Assembly: GCA_014190355.1 (NCBI GenBank)
Contig: BJGH01000003.1
Location: forward strand, 2,893 to 66,892
Length of the DNA: 64,000 nt
Direction: 5' to 3'
DNA from: Alphaproteobacteria bacterium
GTDB lineage: Bacteria > Pseudomonadota > Alphaproteobacteria > Rickettsiales > UBA1997
Below are positions 40,693-51,378 of the stretch, piece by piece. The notes under the pieces were generated by a model. It made no database searches, had not been told where the DNA came from, and saw nothing but the letters and a program-made list of their open reading frames with translations. Both the position numbers and the translations under genes were made by a program. Each line of letters starts with the position of its first letter. The stretch's first letter is position 1.

Positions 40693-41343
40693 ATGTTAAA
40701 AATTTTTTCTCATCGTGGATATTTACTACTTAATAACCCAAAAAAATTACTACAAGAAAACTCAATAGCAAGCCTTAAAAACGCAGTTGCTAATGGTTTT
40801 AATGCAATTGAATTTGATATCTGGCATATAAATAATCAACTCATTCTGAGTCACGATTTACCAATTAGTATCGAAGATTGTCCGAGATTTTCTGATTATC
40901 TGCAATACCAGAATCAACTTGAGTATTGGCTTGATTTTAAAAACTTAACTTTAAAAAATATCGATAATACACTAGATTTGATTGCATACGACCTTAATTT
41001 TAATAAAATTAAACTTAATCAACTATATTTTGCACCATATTGCACTGATTATTCACAAACTAAAATATTTTGTGAAAAATTTCGCAAATATTTTAATGAA
41101 AAAATAAAATTTGTTGCGGTATGCGACCATCAAAATCAAATTAACGATCTTGAGCAATTAATTATTAAAGAAAAAATTGAATATATCTCGATTGACTACA
41201 AATTAATAACTAAAGAAATAGTTGAGAAATTTAAGACATCTCATTTAATGGCATGGACCATAAAGGATCAAGAAAGTTTTGCTCAAATAACAAAGTTAAA
41301 AGTTAATTATTTTGCCTGTGATATCTTGCCAAAATTATTTTAG
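40693..41343 (+). CDS. Glycerophosphodiester phosphodiesterase (GDPD) family protein
   Basis: IFSHRGY...ENSIASLKNAVANGFNAIEFDIWHINNQLILSHD. I prefer the ATG at 40693. Confidence 0.6.
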   Translation: MLKIFSHRGYLLLNNPKKLLQENSIASLKNAVANGFNAIEFDIWHINNQLILSHDLPISIEDCPRFSDYLQYQNQLEYWLDFKNLTLKNIDNTLDLIAYDLNFNKIKLNQLYFAPYCTDYSQTKIFCEKFRKYFNEKIKFVAVCDHQNQINDLEQLIIKEKIEYISIDYKLITKEIVEKFKTSHLMAWTIKDQESFAQITKLKVNYFACDILPKLF

Positions 41344-41717
41344 CCTAATCTTAGCTAAATAAAAAAACCACCCAAAAATCAAAATAAAAGCTGGTTAGAT
41401 TAAATTTTAAATCTTTTATTTTTAATAACTGATTATAACTTTAAACAAACTAACAGTTAAATAAATTTAAATATTCGCCATCAAATTTGCGATATTAATT
41501 TAACTTTAAAAATGATTATTAAGAAAAATATTTTCTTAGAAGATCCCAACTCAACAATTTAATTTTACTCCTAAGGTTGCCAACAAAAAAATTAAATAAG
41601 AATTTTTAGCCAAAAAAAATTAGAATTTTTAATACTAAAGTTAAGTTTTAGATTAGAATATAATACAGAATTATTAATTAATTGTTAGCAAATTATTAAT
41701 TATAATCTTGATAAAGC

Positions 41718-41752
41718 AAAAAAAACCCGTCCTTGATTTAACAAGGACGGGT
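41718..41752 (-). terminator. Strong rho-independent terminator of the pilin gene
   Basis: The minus-strand transcript reads ACCCGUCCUUG-uuaaauc-AAGGACGGGU followed by U8. It lies 29 nt downstream of the pilin stop. Confidence 0.85.
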
Positions 41753-41780
41753 AATTCTTCAGCAATTCAAGTAACTATGT

Positions 41781-42491
41781 TTACGAGTTATTAACATCAA
41801 CATTGAATGCTAATGCACAAGCTCTGGTTGTGGTAGCTACTTGATACGCTGTTCCTGTAATGCAAGCAGAAATAACCCCAAGAACTCTTCCAGTGGTTGA
41901 TCTACCATCATCAGTTTTAGCATCTATTGACAAGGCATCGGTTGGAATTAATGCTGCACTTGCACGAGAAGTACCATTAACGATTGTGTTGGTAGCATCT
42001 GAAACCGAAGTAGTTGATCCAGTTAGAATAACCCAATTTTTTTGATCCGATGTAGTGCTATCAAATACCCAGCCATTTGACTTGGTTTTTGATCCAGGAA
42101 AGTTAATTGTTGGAGATTGAGCAGTACTAACACCGAGAATTGTTAAGGTGTTATCGATAGCTCCAGAAGTTCTTAAATCACGCCAAGCTTCAGCACCTTC
42201 ATTAATAGATGATGCGTTAAAAAATTCAACACGAGAATTTTGATTACCAACGTTATCAGGGCTTGAAATTGCAGTAGAATAATCACCTGGATAAGCATCA
42301 TATTGAGTAAAGAACGCGTTAACTGCTACAGCATAACCGCGAGCTTCACCAATTACTGATCGAAGTTCTGAGCTTTTGATTAAACTTGCTCCACCAGTGA
42401 TACCGGCGATTAAAAGACCAATAATAATTAATACGATTGACAATTCAATCAGAGAGAATGCCGATTTTTTTGAAGTATAATTTTTTTTCAT
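41781..42491 (-). CDS. Type IV pilin-like protein (prepilin N-terminal cleavage/methylation domain, C-terminal Cys pair)
   Basis: MKKNYTSKKSA|FSLIELSIVLIIIGLLIAG has Glu at +5. The C-terminal CITGTAYQVATTTRAC could form a disulfide loop. The protein is Ala/Thr/Ser/Gly-rich and the gene is visibly more GC-rich than its neighbours. I prefer the ATG at 42491 over the TTG at 42500. Confidence 0.8.
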   Translation of the reverse strand: MKKNYTSKKSAFSLIELSIVLIIIGLLIAGITGGASLIKSSELRSVIGEARGYAVAVNAFFTQYDAYPGDYSTAISSPDNVGNQNSRVEFFNASSINEGAEAWRDLRTSGAIDNTLTILGVSTAQSPTINFPGSKTKSNGWVFDSTTSDQKNWVILTGSTTSVSDATNTIVNGTSRASAALIPTDALSIDAKTDDGRSTTGRVLGVISACITGTAYQVATTTRACALAFNVDVNNS

Positions 42492-42569
42492 ATAAACCAA
42501 AATTTAAGTTAAAGAATTGAAGAAGAATTTAAAATTTAATTGTTAGGCTTTTGCTTCACAAAATATTGA

Positions 42570-42707
42570 TACCCATTCAAATTAGAATTCATTATAACTT
42601 TTTAAAGTAAAATAATTTGATTGCAAATTATTTTTAATAAAAAAGTAATGAAAAAAAAATTTGTTCAAATTGAAAAATATTTTAAAAAAATCTAATTTGA
42701 ATGGGTA
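42570..42707. repeat. Perfect 17-bp inverted repeat flanking a 104-bp spacer in the greA-pilin intergenic region
   Basis: TACCCATTCAAATTAGA (42570-42586) and TCTAATTTGAATGGGTA (42691-42707) are exact reverse complements. Confidence 0.9.
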
Positions 42708-42849
42708 ATCTTTAAAAGAAAATTTATTTATTTCTTTTACCATGTCAAATATTTTATTATACAAAATTTTGTTAGTTTCAATTTGAGAACAAATATTTAA
42801 TTAATAATTAAAAATATTTTTTAAAAAATTTTTTTTATAAATTTAATTT

Positions 42850-43323
42850 TTAAATAAATTCTATTTTTAAAATTTCATAATTAATTAATCCTCCCGGAGT
42901 TTTAATTTCAACTTCATCACCAACCTCTTTATCAATTAAAGCTCTGGCTACTGGAGACATTGAGGAAATTAAACCATCTTCAATATTAGCTTCAAAATCA
43001 CTAACGATTTTATATTTAACTTTTTTAGAATTATCAAGATTTTCCAAAGTAACAGTTGATCCGAATTTAATTTTATTACCAGATAATTTACTAACATCAA
43101 CTACTTGTGATCGATTGAGTTTATCCTCAAGGTCAGCAATTTGACCTTCAATAAAACCTTGACGATCTTTAGCGCTATGATATTCAGCATTTTCTCGTAA
43201 ATCCCCTAATTCACGAGCAGAGGCAATTTGAGCAATAATTTTTGGGCGTTCAATATTTTTGAGTTTTTCAATTTCAGATCTCAATTTTTGATGACCTTCT
43301 TTTGTAATTTGAAATTTTTCCAT
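42850..43323 (-). CDS. greA: Transcription elongation factor GreA
   Basis: ITKEGHQKLRSEIEKLK...ARELGDLRENAEYHSAKDRQGFIEGQIADLE. Confidence 0.93.
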   Translation of the reverse strand: MEKFQITKEGHQKLRSEIEKLKNIERPKIIAQIASARELGDLRENAEYHSAKDRQGFIEGQIADLEDKLNRSQVVDVSKLSGNKIKFGSTVTLENLDNSKKVKYKIVSDFEANIEDGLISSMSPVARALIDKEVGDEVEIKTPGGLINYEILKIEFI

Positions 43324-43428
43324 TGTTAGAAATAATTAAGATTAAAACTAGTTAAAAATAGTTAAAATATAATAACTCAATATTTCAAGTTAAAAATTTT
43401 ATAAGATCTTGTTATTTTTGGTATCAGA

Positions 43429-44727
<1,299 letters not shown>

Positions 44728-45495
44728 TTAAAAATTAAAGTTTGCAAAAATTAACAAACCGATAAAAGGAATAATTAATGAATAACCAAAGCTTATTTTA
44801 TTTTTTTTGGTAAAAAAATGTTCAGCAATTAGCAAGGTTAATATTAACAATACCGTGAAAAAAAATAAAATAAATTGTAAGGTTTTCAAAGCTAAGCAAG
44901 CAATTAAGATAAATTTAATATAATCATTTAGCTGAGTTTTGCCAGTAAATATTTCAGGAAATTTATTGCCAATCAAACGATAAAAAATTGCACTGGCAAT
45001 AACACCCAAGATTAATGAATTAGCCATATTTAAAGTGGTATGCTCTTCTAAAACTCGTGAAATAATAACCAACACCATCAAGAAAATTAAAATTTCTTTA
45101 GGAAAAACACGATGAGTAAAATCACAAGCCATTAATATCACCAGACTAACACTTATCAAACTATAGATAATAAATTTTTCACTAAAACCAAATTGCAAAT
45201 AACACACCACAAAAAGAATTGTGGTTGTTAACTCGACAAAAAGATGAATGCGCGGGATTTTAGTTTTACAAAAACGACATGCACCAAGGGTGAAAAGCCA
45301 GTTCAACAATGGAATTAAATCACGAGTAATAATTGTAGAATTACATTTTGGGCAACGCGATTTTTTTCCAAAATACCTTCCAAAACATGACTCGCCTCTT
45401 GGCAAGCGATATGCAAAAAGTGTCGCATAAGAGCCAAATACCGCTCCAAAGACAATAGCTAGAATTATCTCCACTACAAAATTAATCATGTCCAT
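44728..45495 (-). CDS. pilD: Prepilin peptidase (A24 family, PilD-like)
   Basis: The N-terminal Cys pairs CPKC...CRFC are followed by polytopic TM segments. Asp-containing segments MACDFTH and LNDYIKF are candidate catalytic sites. Confidence 0.75.
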   Translation of the reverse strand: MDMINFVVEIILAIVFGAVFGSYATLFAYRLPRGESCFGRYFGKKSRCPKCNSTIITRDLIPLLNWLFTLGACRFCKTKIPRIHLFVELTTTILFVVCYLQFGFSEKFIIYSLISVSLVILMACDFTHRVFPKEILIFLMVLVIISRVLEEHTTLNMANSLILGVIASAIFYRLIGNKFPEIFTGKTQLNDYIKFILIACLALKTLQFILFFFTVLLILTLLIAEHFFTKKNKISFGYSLIIPFIGLLIFANFNF

Positions 45496-45505
45496 ATTTT
45501 TGCCT

Positions 45506-45535
45506 CGTAAATTTTTAAATCGTAAATTTTTAAAA
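45506..45535. repeat. 15-bp tandem direct repeat just upstream of the pilD start
   Basis: CGTAAATTTTTAAAT CGTAAATTTTTAAAA. Confidence 0.8.
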
Positions 45536-45619
45536 GTTAATTTTAAAAAAAATTAGTTATTAATAAAAAAAATTATTCAATAAAATTGTTAATTTTTATA
45601 GTTTTTAACGAAAATTATT

Positions 45620-46159
45620 TTATTTATTTTTTTCTAGATATAAAATAACATCAGCTCTTTCTTGAGGTTTTTTCAAACCTGGAAATGCCATTTTAGTTCC
45701 CGAAATATAATCTTTTGGTTTGGTGATAAATTGATTAATTGAATCACGATCCCAAACTCCTCCTTTAGTCTTTAAACCATCAGAATAAGCAAAGCCAGAC
45801 ATTGAACCTTTGGCTCGACCAACAACGCCGTATAAATTTGGTCCAACCTTTGCACCCTCGCCTTTATTGATGTTATGACAGCTTGCACATTTTTTAAAAA
45901 TTTTTGCACCTCGCTCAACATCAGCTAACTTCATGAGTTCAGCAAGATCGACTGGTTTTTCAACCTTTTTTGGCAAAGCCTTGCCATCACTTCCGATTTC
46001 GATTAGATAACCTCTTTTCAACATGGTTTTAGGTTGATAAAGTAAATCGGCTAAAAAAACTGCTAATATTGTCACAACCAAAGACAGCAATACCGCTTGA
46101 TAATTTTCACAAGCAATCTTTAGTAAATCTTTTTGTAATTTTTTAATTTTTTCTTTCAT
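45620..46159 (-). CDS. cycM: Membrane-anchored cytochrome c (CycM type)
   Basis: An N-terminal TM anchor, the heme motif CASCH, and GPNLYGVVGR...KMAFPGLKKPQERADVILYL. Confidence 0.88.
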   Translation of the reverse strand: MKEKIKKLQKDLLKIACENYQAVLLSLVVTILAVFLADLLYQPKTMLKRGYLIEIGSDGKALPKKVEKPVDLAELMKLADVERGAKIFKKCASCHNINKGEGAKVGPNLYGVVGRAKGSMSGFAYSDGLKTKGGVWDRDSINQFITKPKDYISGTKMAFPGLKKPQERADVILYLEKNK

Positions 46160-46161
46160 AA

Positions 46162-47094
46162 TTAATCAAACAATGTTGACACTGACTTTTCCTGAGCAAT
46201 GTTATTGATAGCCTGCCCAAGAAGGCTTGCAATATTAATAATTCTAATATTTTTAACTGCCAAATTTTGTTCATTTGGCTGAATCGAATTAGTAATAACT
46301 AAATTTTTTAATTTTGAATTAGCAATTTTTTCATGAGCCTTACCAGATAAAACACCATGGGTAATGTAAGCATGAACAGATCTTGCTCCTCTTTCCAGCA
46401 AAGCTTCTGCAGCATTGCATAATGTTCCTCCAGAATCAACCATATCGTCAACAATAATACATTCACGATTTTCAACTTCACCAATAATATTCATAACTTC
46501 GCTAACTCCGGCAACTGGACGTCTTTTATCGACAATCGCTAAATCAGCATTAATTTTTTTAGCAATTGCTCGCGCTCTAACTAAACCACCAACATCAGGT
46601 GAAACTACCACGAGATTGTCATTATGAAAATTTTGTTTAATATCGCTGACAAAAACAGGAGCACTGTAAAGATTATCAACTGGAATATCAAAGAAACCTT
46701 GAATTTGTCCCGCATGCAAATCAAGAGTAAGAACACGATCAACCCCTGCAGAAGTTAATAAATTTGCAACAAGTTTAGCAGAAATCGGAGTTCGTGGAGC
46801 AACTTTGCGATCCTGACGAGCATAACCAAAATATGGAATAACAGCGGTAATTCTTTTGGCTGAAGCTCTTCGAAGAGCATCAATAGCAATCAACAATTCC
46901 ATAATATTATCATTAGCAGGATAAGATGTTGATTGAATTACAAAAATATCTTCACCACGGACATTTTCTTTAATCTCAACAAAAATTTCATGATCAGCAA
47001 AAGTTTTAACTTCAGCATCAACTAGTTTTAGCGATAAGTATTTAGCGATTTCTTGGGCAAGTAATTTATTGCTATTGCATGCTAGAAGCTTCAT
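46162..47094 (-). CDS. prs: Ribose-phosphate pyrophosphokinase
   Basis: [10 protein letters not shown] and the PRPP-binding motif [13 protein letters not shown]. Confidence 0.95.
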   Translation of the reverse strand: MKLLACNSNKLLAQEIAKYLSLKLVDAEVKTFADHEIFVEIKENVRGEDIFVIQSTSYPANDNIMELLIAIDALRRASAKRITAVIPYFGYARQDRKVAPRTPISAKLVANLLTSAGVDRVLTLDLHAGQIQGFFDIPVDNLYSAPVFVSDIKQNFHNDNLVVVSPDVGGLVRARAIAKKINADLAIVDKRRPVAGVSEVMNIIGEVENRECIIVDDMVDSGGTLCNAAEALLERGARSVHAYITHGVLSGKAHEKIANSKLKNLVITNSIQPNEQNLAVKNIRIINIASLLGQAINNIAQEKSVSTLFD

Positions 47095-47381
47095 AAAAGA
47101 AAGATTAAATTTTAATATATGTTGATTTTAATATTCGATAAAATAATGTCCAAATAAACAACTTTATCAATTAAAATTTAAAAGAAAATTTTTTATTAAT
47201 AATTTTTTATAAATTTAACTTATTTTAGTATAAATTTTGGTAATTTAAAAAACTATCACCAAAAGTTAACAATTAATAAAGTTAGTTTATTTTTTGCTCA
47301 GATAATTTTTAAGAAATTAGCTAAATTAATCAAGATAAAATTTTAAAAATTAAATTTAAAACATAATTTATGGCATAATTT

Positions 47382-47819
47382 ATGGCTGAAATCGAAGTTT
47401 ACGACATTATTAAAATCCTTCATATCATTGCCGTTATTTCATGGATGGCTGGACTACTTTACTTGCCAAGAATCTTTGTTTATCATACCCGAGTTCAACA
47501 TAACAGTGAAAGTGATTTATTGTTTCGAGAAATGGAATTAAAACTTTTGCGCTATATCATGAATCCAGCAATGATTGTTAGTTTTATTTTGGGTTTTTAT
47601 TTAGCAATTCAAATTGGCTTTGCAGGTTCTTACTGGCTTCATCTTAAAATTACTTTAGTTTTAATACTTGCAGGATTTCACGGGTTTTTAGCAAGTTGTC
47701 GAAAAAAATTTGCTAACAACAAGAATAAACATTCCCATAAATTTTATCGCCTGATCAATGAAGTTCCTACACTAATAATGATTTTAGCAGTAAGTCTAGT
47801 AATTTTAAAACCATTTTAA
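47382..47819 (+). CDS. hemJ: Protoporphyrinogen IX oxidase HemJ
   Basis: KILHIIAVISWMAGLLYLPRIFVYH is the hallmark HemJ N-terminus. About 4 TM segments. Confidence 0.8.
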   Translation: MAEIEVYDIIKILHIIAVISWMAGLLYLPRIFVYHTRVQHNSESDLLFREMELKLLRYIMNPAMIVSFILGFYLAIQIGFAGSYWLHLKITLVLILAGFHGFLASCRKKFANNKNKHSHKFYRLINEVPTLIMILAVSLVILKPF

Positions 47820-47843
47820 TTTTTAACTATCTTTAAGTTACTT

Positions 47844-48629
47844 ATGACGATTGCTGATCTAACATATTTTAATAAAACTGAGTTTCTTAATAAAGAGACC
47901 AAATTTCTAAAAAAACATAATTTGGTCAAACTAAAAAGTAGTAAGGATTTAATAATTGAAGTTCCTTACAGCACTACCAATAATTTTTGTCATTGTCAAA
48001 TTTATAGCCATCCCTTTATTTATCTTCATCGTGATGCTTATGATAATTTGCAAAAAGTTATCAGCGAAGCAAGCAAGCTTGCTTTGAAAATTAAAATCTG
48101 GGATGGCTTTCGTCCTTTTGAGGCTCAGTCGTTTATGGCTGATAAATATCCACAAATGGTTGAAGGTGGCTATGTTTCTCATCCGAAAAATGGCATTGCT
48201 ACACATGTTCGCGGCATCGCTGTTGACTTAACTTTAGTTGATCACCAAAATAACGAGCTTGACATGGGAACATATTTTGATGAAATGAATGAAAAAGCTC
48301 ATCACAATACCAGTGATTTAAGCGAGGTTCAGAAAAAAAATCGTCAAATTTTAATTGAGCTAATGACCCAAAAAGCTGATTTTGAATTATATGACAATGA
48401 ATGGTGGCATTACAATCTGAAAATTTTTCAACGCAATAAAAATAATGAAATTCACCAAGCACTTCCTTTGCAAGATAAAATCTATCCAAAAATTACTGAG
48501 CCATTCACTGAGCTATTATCAAGTGAAGTGCAAGAATTTTACAATCACTATGGACAAAATTATCACTTTAATCACAGATCAATCTTTAAAAGAATTTTCA
48601 ATAAAATTACTAAAAATTTAAAAAAATAA
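47844..48629 (+). CDS. D-alanyl-D-alanine dipeptidase, VanX/DdpX (M15D) family, copy 1 (with terminal extensions)
   Basis: IWDGFRPFEAQ, THVRGIAVDLTLVD, DMGTYFDE and NEWWHY. Confidence 0.75.
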   Translation: MTIADLTYFNKTEFLNKETKFLKKHNLVKLKSSKDLIIEVPYSTTNNFCHCQIYSHPFIYLHRDAYDNLQKVISEASKLALKIKIWDGFRPFEAQSFMADKYPQMVEGGYVSHPKNGIATHVRGIAVDLTLVDHQNNELDMGTYFDEMNEKAHHNTSDLSEVQKKNRQILIELMTQKADFELYDNEWWHYNLKIFQRNKNNEIHQALPLQDKIYPKITEPFTELLSSEVQEFYNHYGQNYHFNHRSIFKRIFNKITKNLKK

Positions 48630-48635
48630 TTAACT

Positions 48636-49169
48636 ATGTTAGAAAAAATAAATAGTGAAGAACTGCAATTAATTATTGATCTTAGATATGCTGGAACAAA
48701 CAACATTTGTCAAAAAAAACTCTATCACCAAGATTACTCCCTTCTTCACCCTGAAGCCTATGCTAAACTTAAAATTGCTAGCCAAATTGCTCGTAAACAA
48801 AATCTCAAATTAAAAATTTGGGATGCTTATCGTCCGGTTGAAATTCAACAATTTTTTGTTGATTTTTTTGCTAATGATTTAGATAAAAAAAATTTTTTCT
48901 CAGATCCCAAAACTGGCTCAATTCCTCATTGCAGGGGAATAGCACTAGATCTAACTTTAGTTGATAATAATAACCAAGAACTAGATATGGCTAGTGATTT
49001 TGATGAATTGTCAGAATTAGCACATCACAATTATCCTCATCTTTCACCTCAAGCGCAACGCAATCGCCTTTTGCTTTTAGGAATAATGACCGCAAGTGGT
49101 TTTGATTTTTATCAAAAAGAATGGTGGCATTACCAGCTCTTTAATCCCCGCAATTATCAAATTTTATAA
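48636..49169 (+). CDS. D-alanyl-D-alanine dipeptidase, VanX/DdpX (M15D) family, copy 2
   Basis: IWDAYRPVEIQ, PHCRGIALDLTLVD, DMASDFDE and KEWWHY. Confidence 0.78.
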   Translation: MLEKINSEELQLIIDLRYAGTNNICQKKLYHQDYSLLHPEAYAKLKIASQIARKQNLKLKIWDAYRPVEIQQFFVDFFANDLDKKNFFSDPKTGSIPHCRGIALDLTLVDNNNQELDMASDFDELSELAHHNYPHLSPQAQRNRLLLLGIMTASGFDFYQKEWWHYQLFNPRNYQIL

Positions 49170-49327
49170 TTTTTAATTTTTTTTAAAAATTCACTTCCAA
49201 ATATCTAATCCAAATTAAAAAAATCGGGATTTAATTATTTTTTTAAAAATTATTAGCAAGTGCAGTTGATTTTAAATTTAAAATAACTAAATTTATAAAA
49301 ATATTTTTTTAAAAAAACCTATTACCA

Positions 49328-51205
49328 ATGCAAAGATTACAACAAAAAAAACCTAACAATGGCAAGAATTTCTTTTTATGGTTGCTAATTTTTATTGCCA
49401 TCATGGCATTTTCTAATTTGCTGTCTAGCCCAGAAAACATGACCTCAAACAAACTCAATTTCACTGACTTTATCGTTAAAGTTGAAAATCGTGAAGTTAG
49501 TAAAGTTGACATTAAAGGTGATGATTTAATTGGAACTTTAAATGATGGATCGCAATTTTATACTTTTTTACCGCATTATCCAAATCTTATCGAGAAACTC
49601 AAAGAAAATAATGTTACCATCAATGCCATTCCTTTGGTTAGCAAAAGTGAAAAACTTATTACAGGTTTATTAAATTGGCTTCCCCTTATAGTAATGATTG
49701 GTTTATGGATTTTCTTCGCTAAAAGTGCAAGTGGTAAAGGTGCTGGTGGAGCATTTGGTTTTGGCAAATCTCGCGCTAAATTACTTCAAGAAAATAAAAA
49801 TAAAGTTACCTTTGCCGATGTCGCTGGAATTGATGAAGCAAAACAAGAGCTCAGCGAAATAGTTGATTTCTTAAAAGATTCAAAAAAATATACCGATGTT
49901 GGAGCAAAAATACCTCGCGGATGCTTACTAATTGGCTCACCTGGAACTGGTAAAACTCTTCTTGCTCGAGCAATTGCTGGGGAAGCGGGTGTTCCGTTTT
50001 TTTCAATTTCTGGTTCAGACTTTGTTGAAATGTTTGTTGGGGTTGGAGCAAGTAGGGTTAGAGATATGTTTGAACAAGCAAAAAAATCTGCACCTTGCAT
50101 TGTTTTTATCGACGAAATTGATGCAGTTGGAAGACATCGTGGATCAGGAGTTGGTGGTGGTAATGATGAACGCGAACAAACTCTTAACCAACTTCTTGTG
50201 GAAATGGATGGCTTTTCTGACAATGAAGGTGTAGTGATCATTGCTGCTACAAATCGTCCAGATGTCTTGGATCGAGCTTTGCTTCGTCCAGGACGATTTG
50301 ATCGCCAAATCACTGTCCCAAATCCAGATATCGTTGGCAGAGAACAAATCCTTGCAGTTCATGTTAAAAAAATTACCGTAGCCAGTGATGTTGATATTAA
50401 AACAATTGCCCGAGGAACTCCCGGATTTGCTGGAGCGGATTTAGCTAATTTGATTAACGAAGGAGCGATTATGGCTGCCCGATTTAATCAAAAAATGGTT
50501 ACTATGAAAAATTTAGAAGATGCTAAAGATAAAATTATGATGGGAACTGAACGTAAATCAATGATTATGCAACAAAGTGAAAAGGAACTTACCGCTTATC
50601 ATGAAGCTGGTCATGCCATCACTGCTATAAACTCACCAAACTCAGATCCAATTCATAAAGCTACCATAATTCCGCGTGGCAGAGCTTTAGGGTTAGTTAT
50701 GCGTTTACCAGAAGTTGATCGTTTTTCAGTTACTCGAGCAAAATTACTTGATGATTTAGTTGTGGCAATGGGAGGAAGAGCAGCTGAGGAAATAATTTTT
50801 GGTTACGAAAAAGTTACCACAGGAGCATCTTCCGATATTCAACAAGCTACACATATGGCTCGCAATATGGTTACCAAATGGGGATTAAGCGATACGATAG
50901 GAACAATTGATCACGGTGAAGATGACAGTTCAAAAATTTATCATAGCAATAAACCATATTCTGAAGAAACTGGCAAAATTATTGATCAAGAAATTAAAAA
51001 AATCGTCGATGATGCTTTAACTAAGGCTAAAAAAATCCTCCTTGATAAAAAAAATGATCTTGAAAAATTAGCAAGAAATCTTTTAGAATTTGAAACCCTT
51101 ACTGGCGATGAAATCAAAGATTTACTGGCTGGCAAAGAAATTAGAAAAAAATTAGCTAGTGTTACTGGTTCAGGCTTTATTCCTAATGTAACTGGTGATA
51201 ATTAA
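49328..51205 (+). CDS. ftsH: ATP-dependent zinc metalloprotease FtsH
   Basis: Walker A motif [13 protein letters not shown], the SRH region, and the zinc motif HEAGHA. Confidence 0.97.
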   Translation: MQRLQQKKPNNGKNFFLWLLIFIAIMAFSNLLSSPENMTSNKLNFTDFIVKVENREVSKVDIKGDDLIGTLNDGSQFYTFLPHYPNLIEKLKENNVTINAIPLVSKSEKLITGLLNWLPLIVMIGLWIFFAKSASGKGAGGAFGFGKSRAKLLQENKNKVTFADVAGIDEAKQELSEIVDFLKDSKKYTDVGAKIPRGCLLIGSPGTGKTLLARAIAGEAGVPFFSISGSDFVEMFVGVGASRVRDMFEQAKKSAPCIVFIDEIDAVGRHRGSGVGGGNDEREQTLNQLLVEMDGFSDNEGVVIIAATNRPDVLDRALLRPGRFDRQITVPNPDIVGREQILAVHVKKITVASDVDIKTIARGTPGFAGADLANLINEGAIMAARFNQKMVTMKNLEDAKDKIMMGTERKSMIMQQSEKELTAYHEAGHAITAINSPNSDPIHKATIIPRGRALGLVMRLPEVDRFSVTRAKLLDDLVVAMGGRAAEEIIFGYEKVTTGASSDIQQATHMARNMVTKWGLSDTIGTIDHGEDDSSKIYHSNKPYSEETGKIIDQEIKKIVDDALTKAKKILLDKKNDLEKLARNLLEFETLTGDEIKDLLAGKEIRKKLASVTGSGFIPNVTGDN

Positions 51206-51378
51206 TTTTAATAATTAATTTAATAAATTGTAAAAACTTTGCAAATAACTCAAATAGAATTAGCTAAGTTAACAAAAAAATTTTTTAAAATAATTTAACA
51301 ACAACAAATAACTTTATTTTATTAAAAATAAAAGTTAAAATAAGATAACAACAATAATTAAAAATAAAAAAATATTTT

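Noticed and set aside
41781-42491. The higher G+C of the pilin gene, considered as a sign of recent horizontal transfer.
   Set aside because: The shift is explained by amino-acid composition (the protein is Ala/Gly/Thr/Ser-rich). The gene also has a native-looking terminator and shares its unusual A(-1) leader with a decayed paralog, which argues for long residence in this genome.
49786-50313. 175-aa minus-strand ORF, plus several others at 49576-50362, antisense to ftsH.
   Set aside because: These are shadow ORFs inside the highly conserved, relatively GC-rich AAA+ region of ftsH. The same reasoning applies to 17916-18320, 32592-32915, 43819-44707, 46415-46627, 37737-39759 and 54563-54874 (the GLGLGL mirror of the NP repeat).
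51206-51378. I looked for DnaA boxes (TTATCCACA / TGTGGATAA) upstream of dnaN as a sign of oriC.
   Set aside because: No match or near-match cluster is present. The only TGTGGAT-like string I saw (about 9677-9685) is single and overlaps a start codon. dnaA is not adjacent, so there is no support for an origin here.
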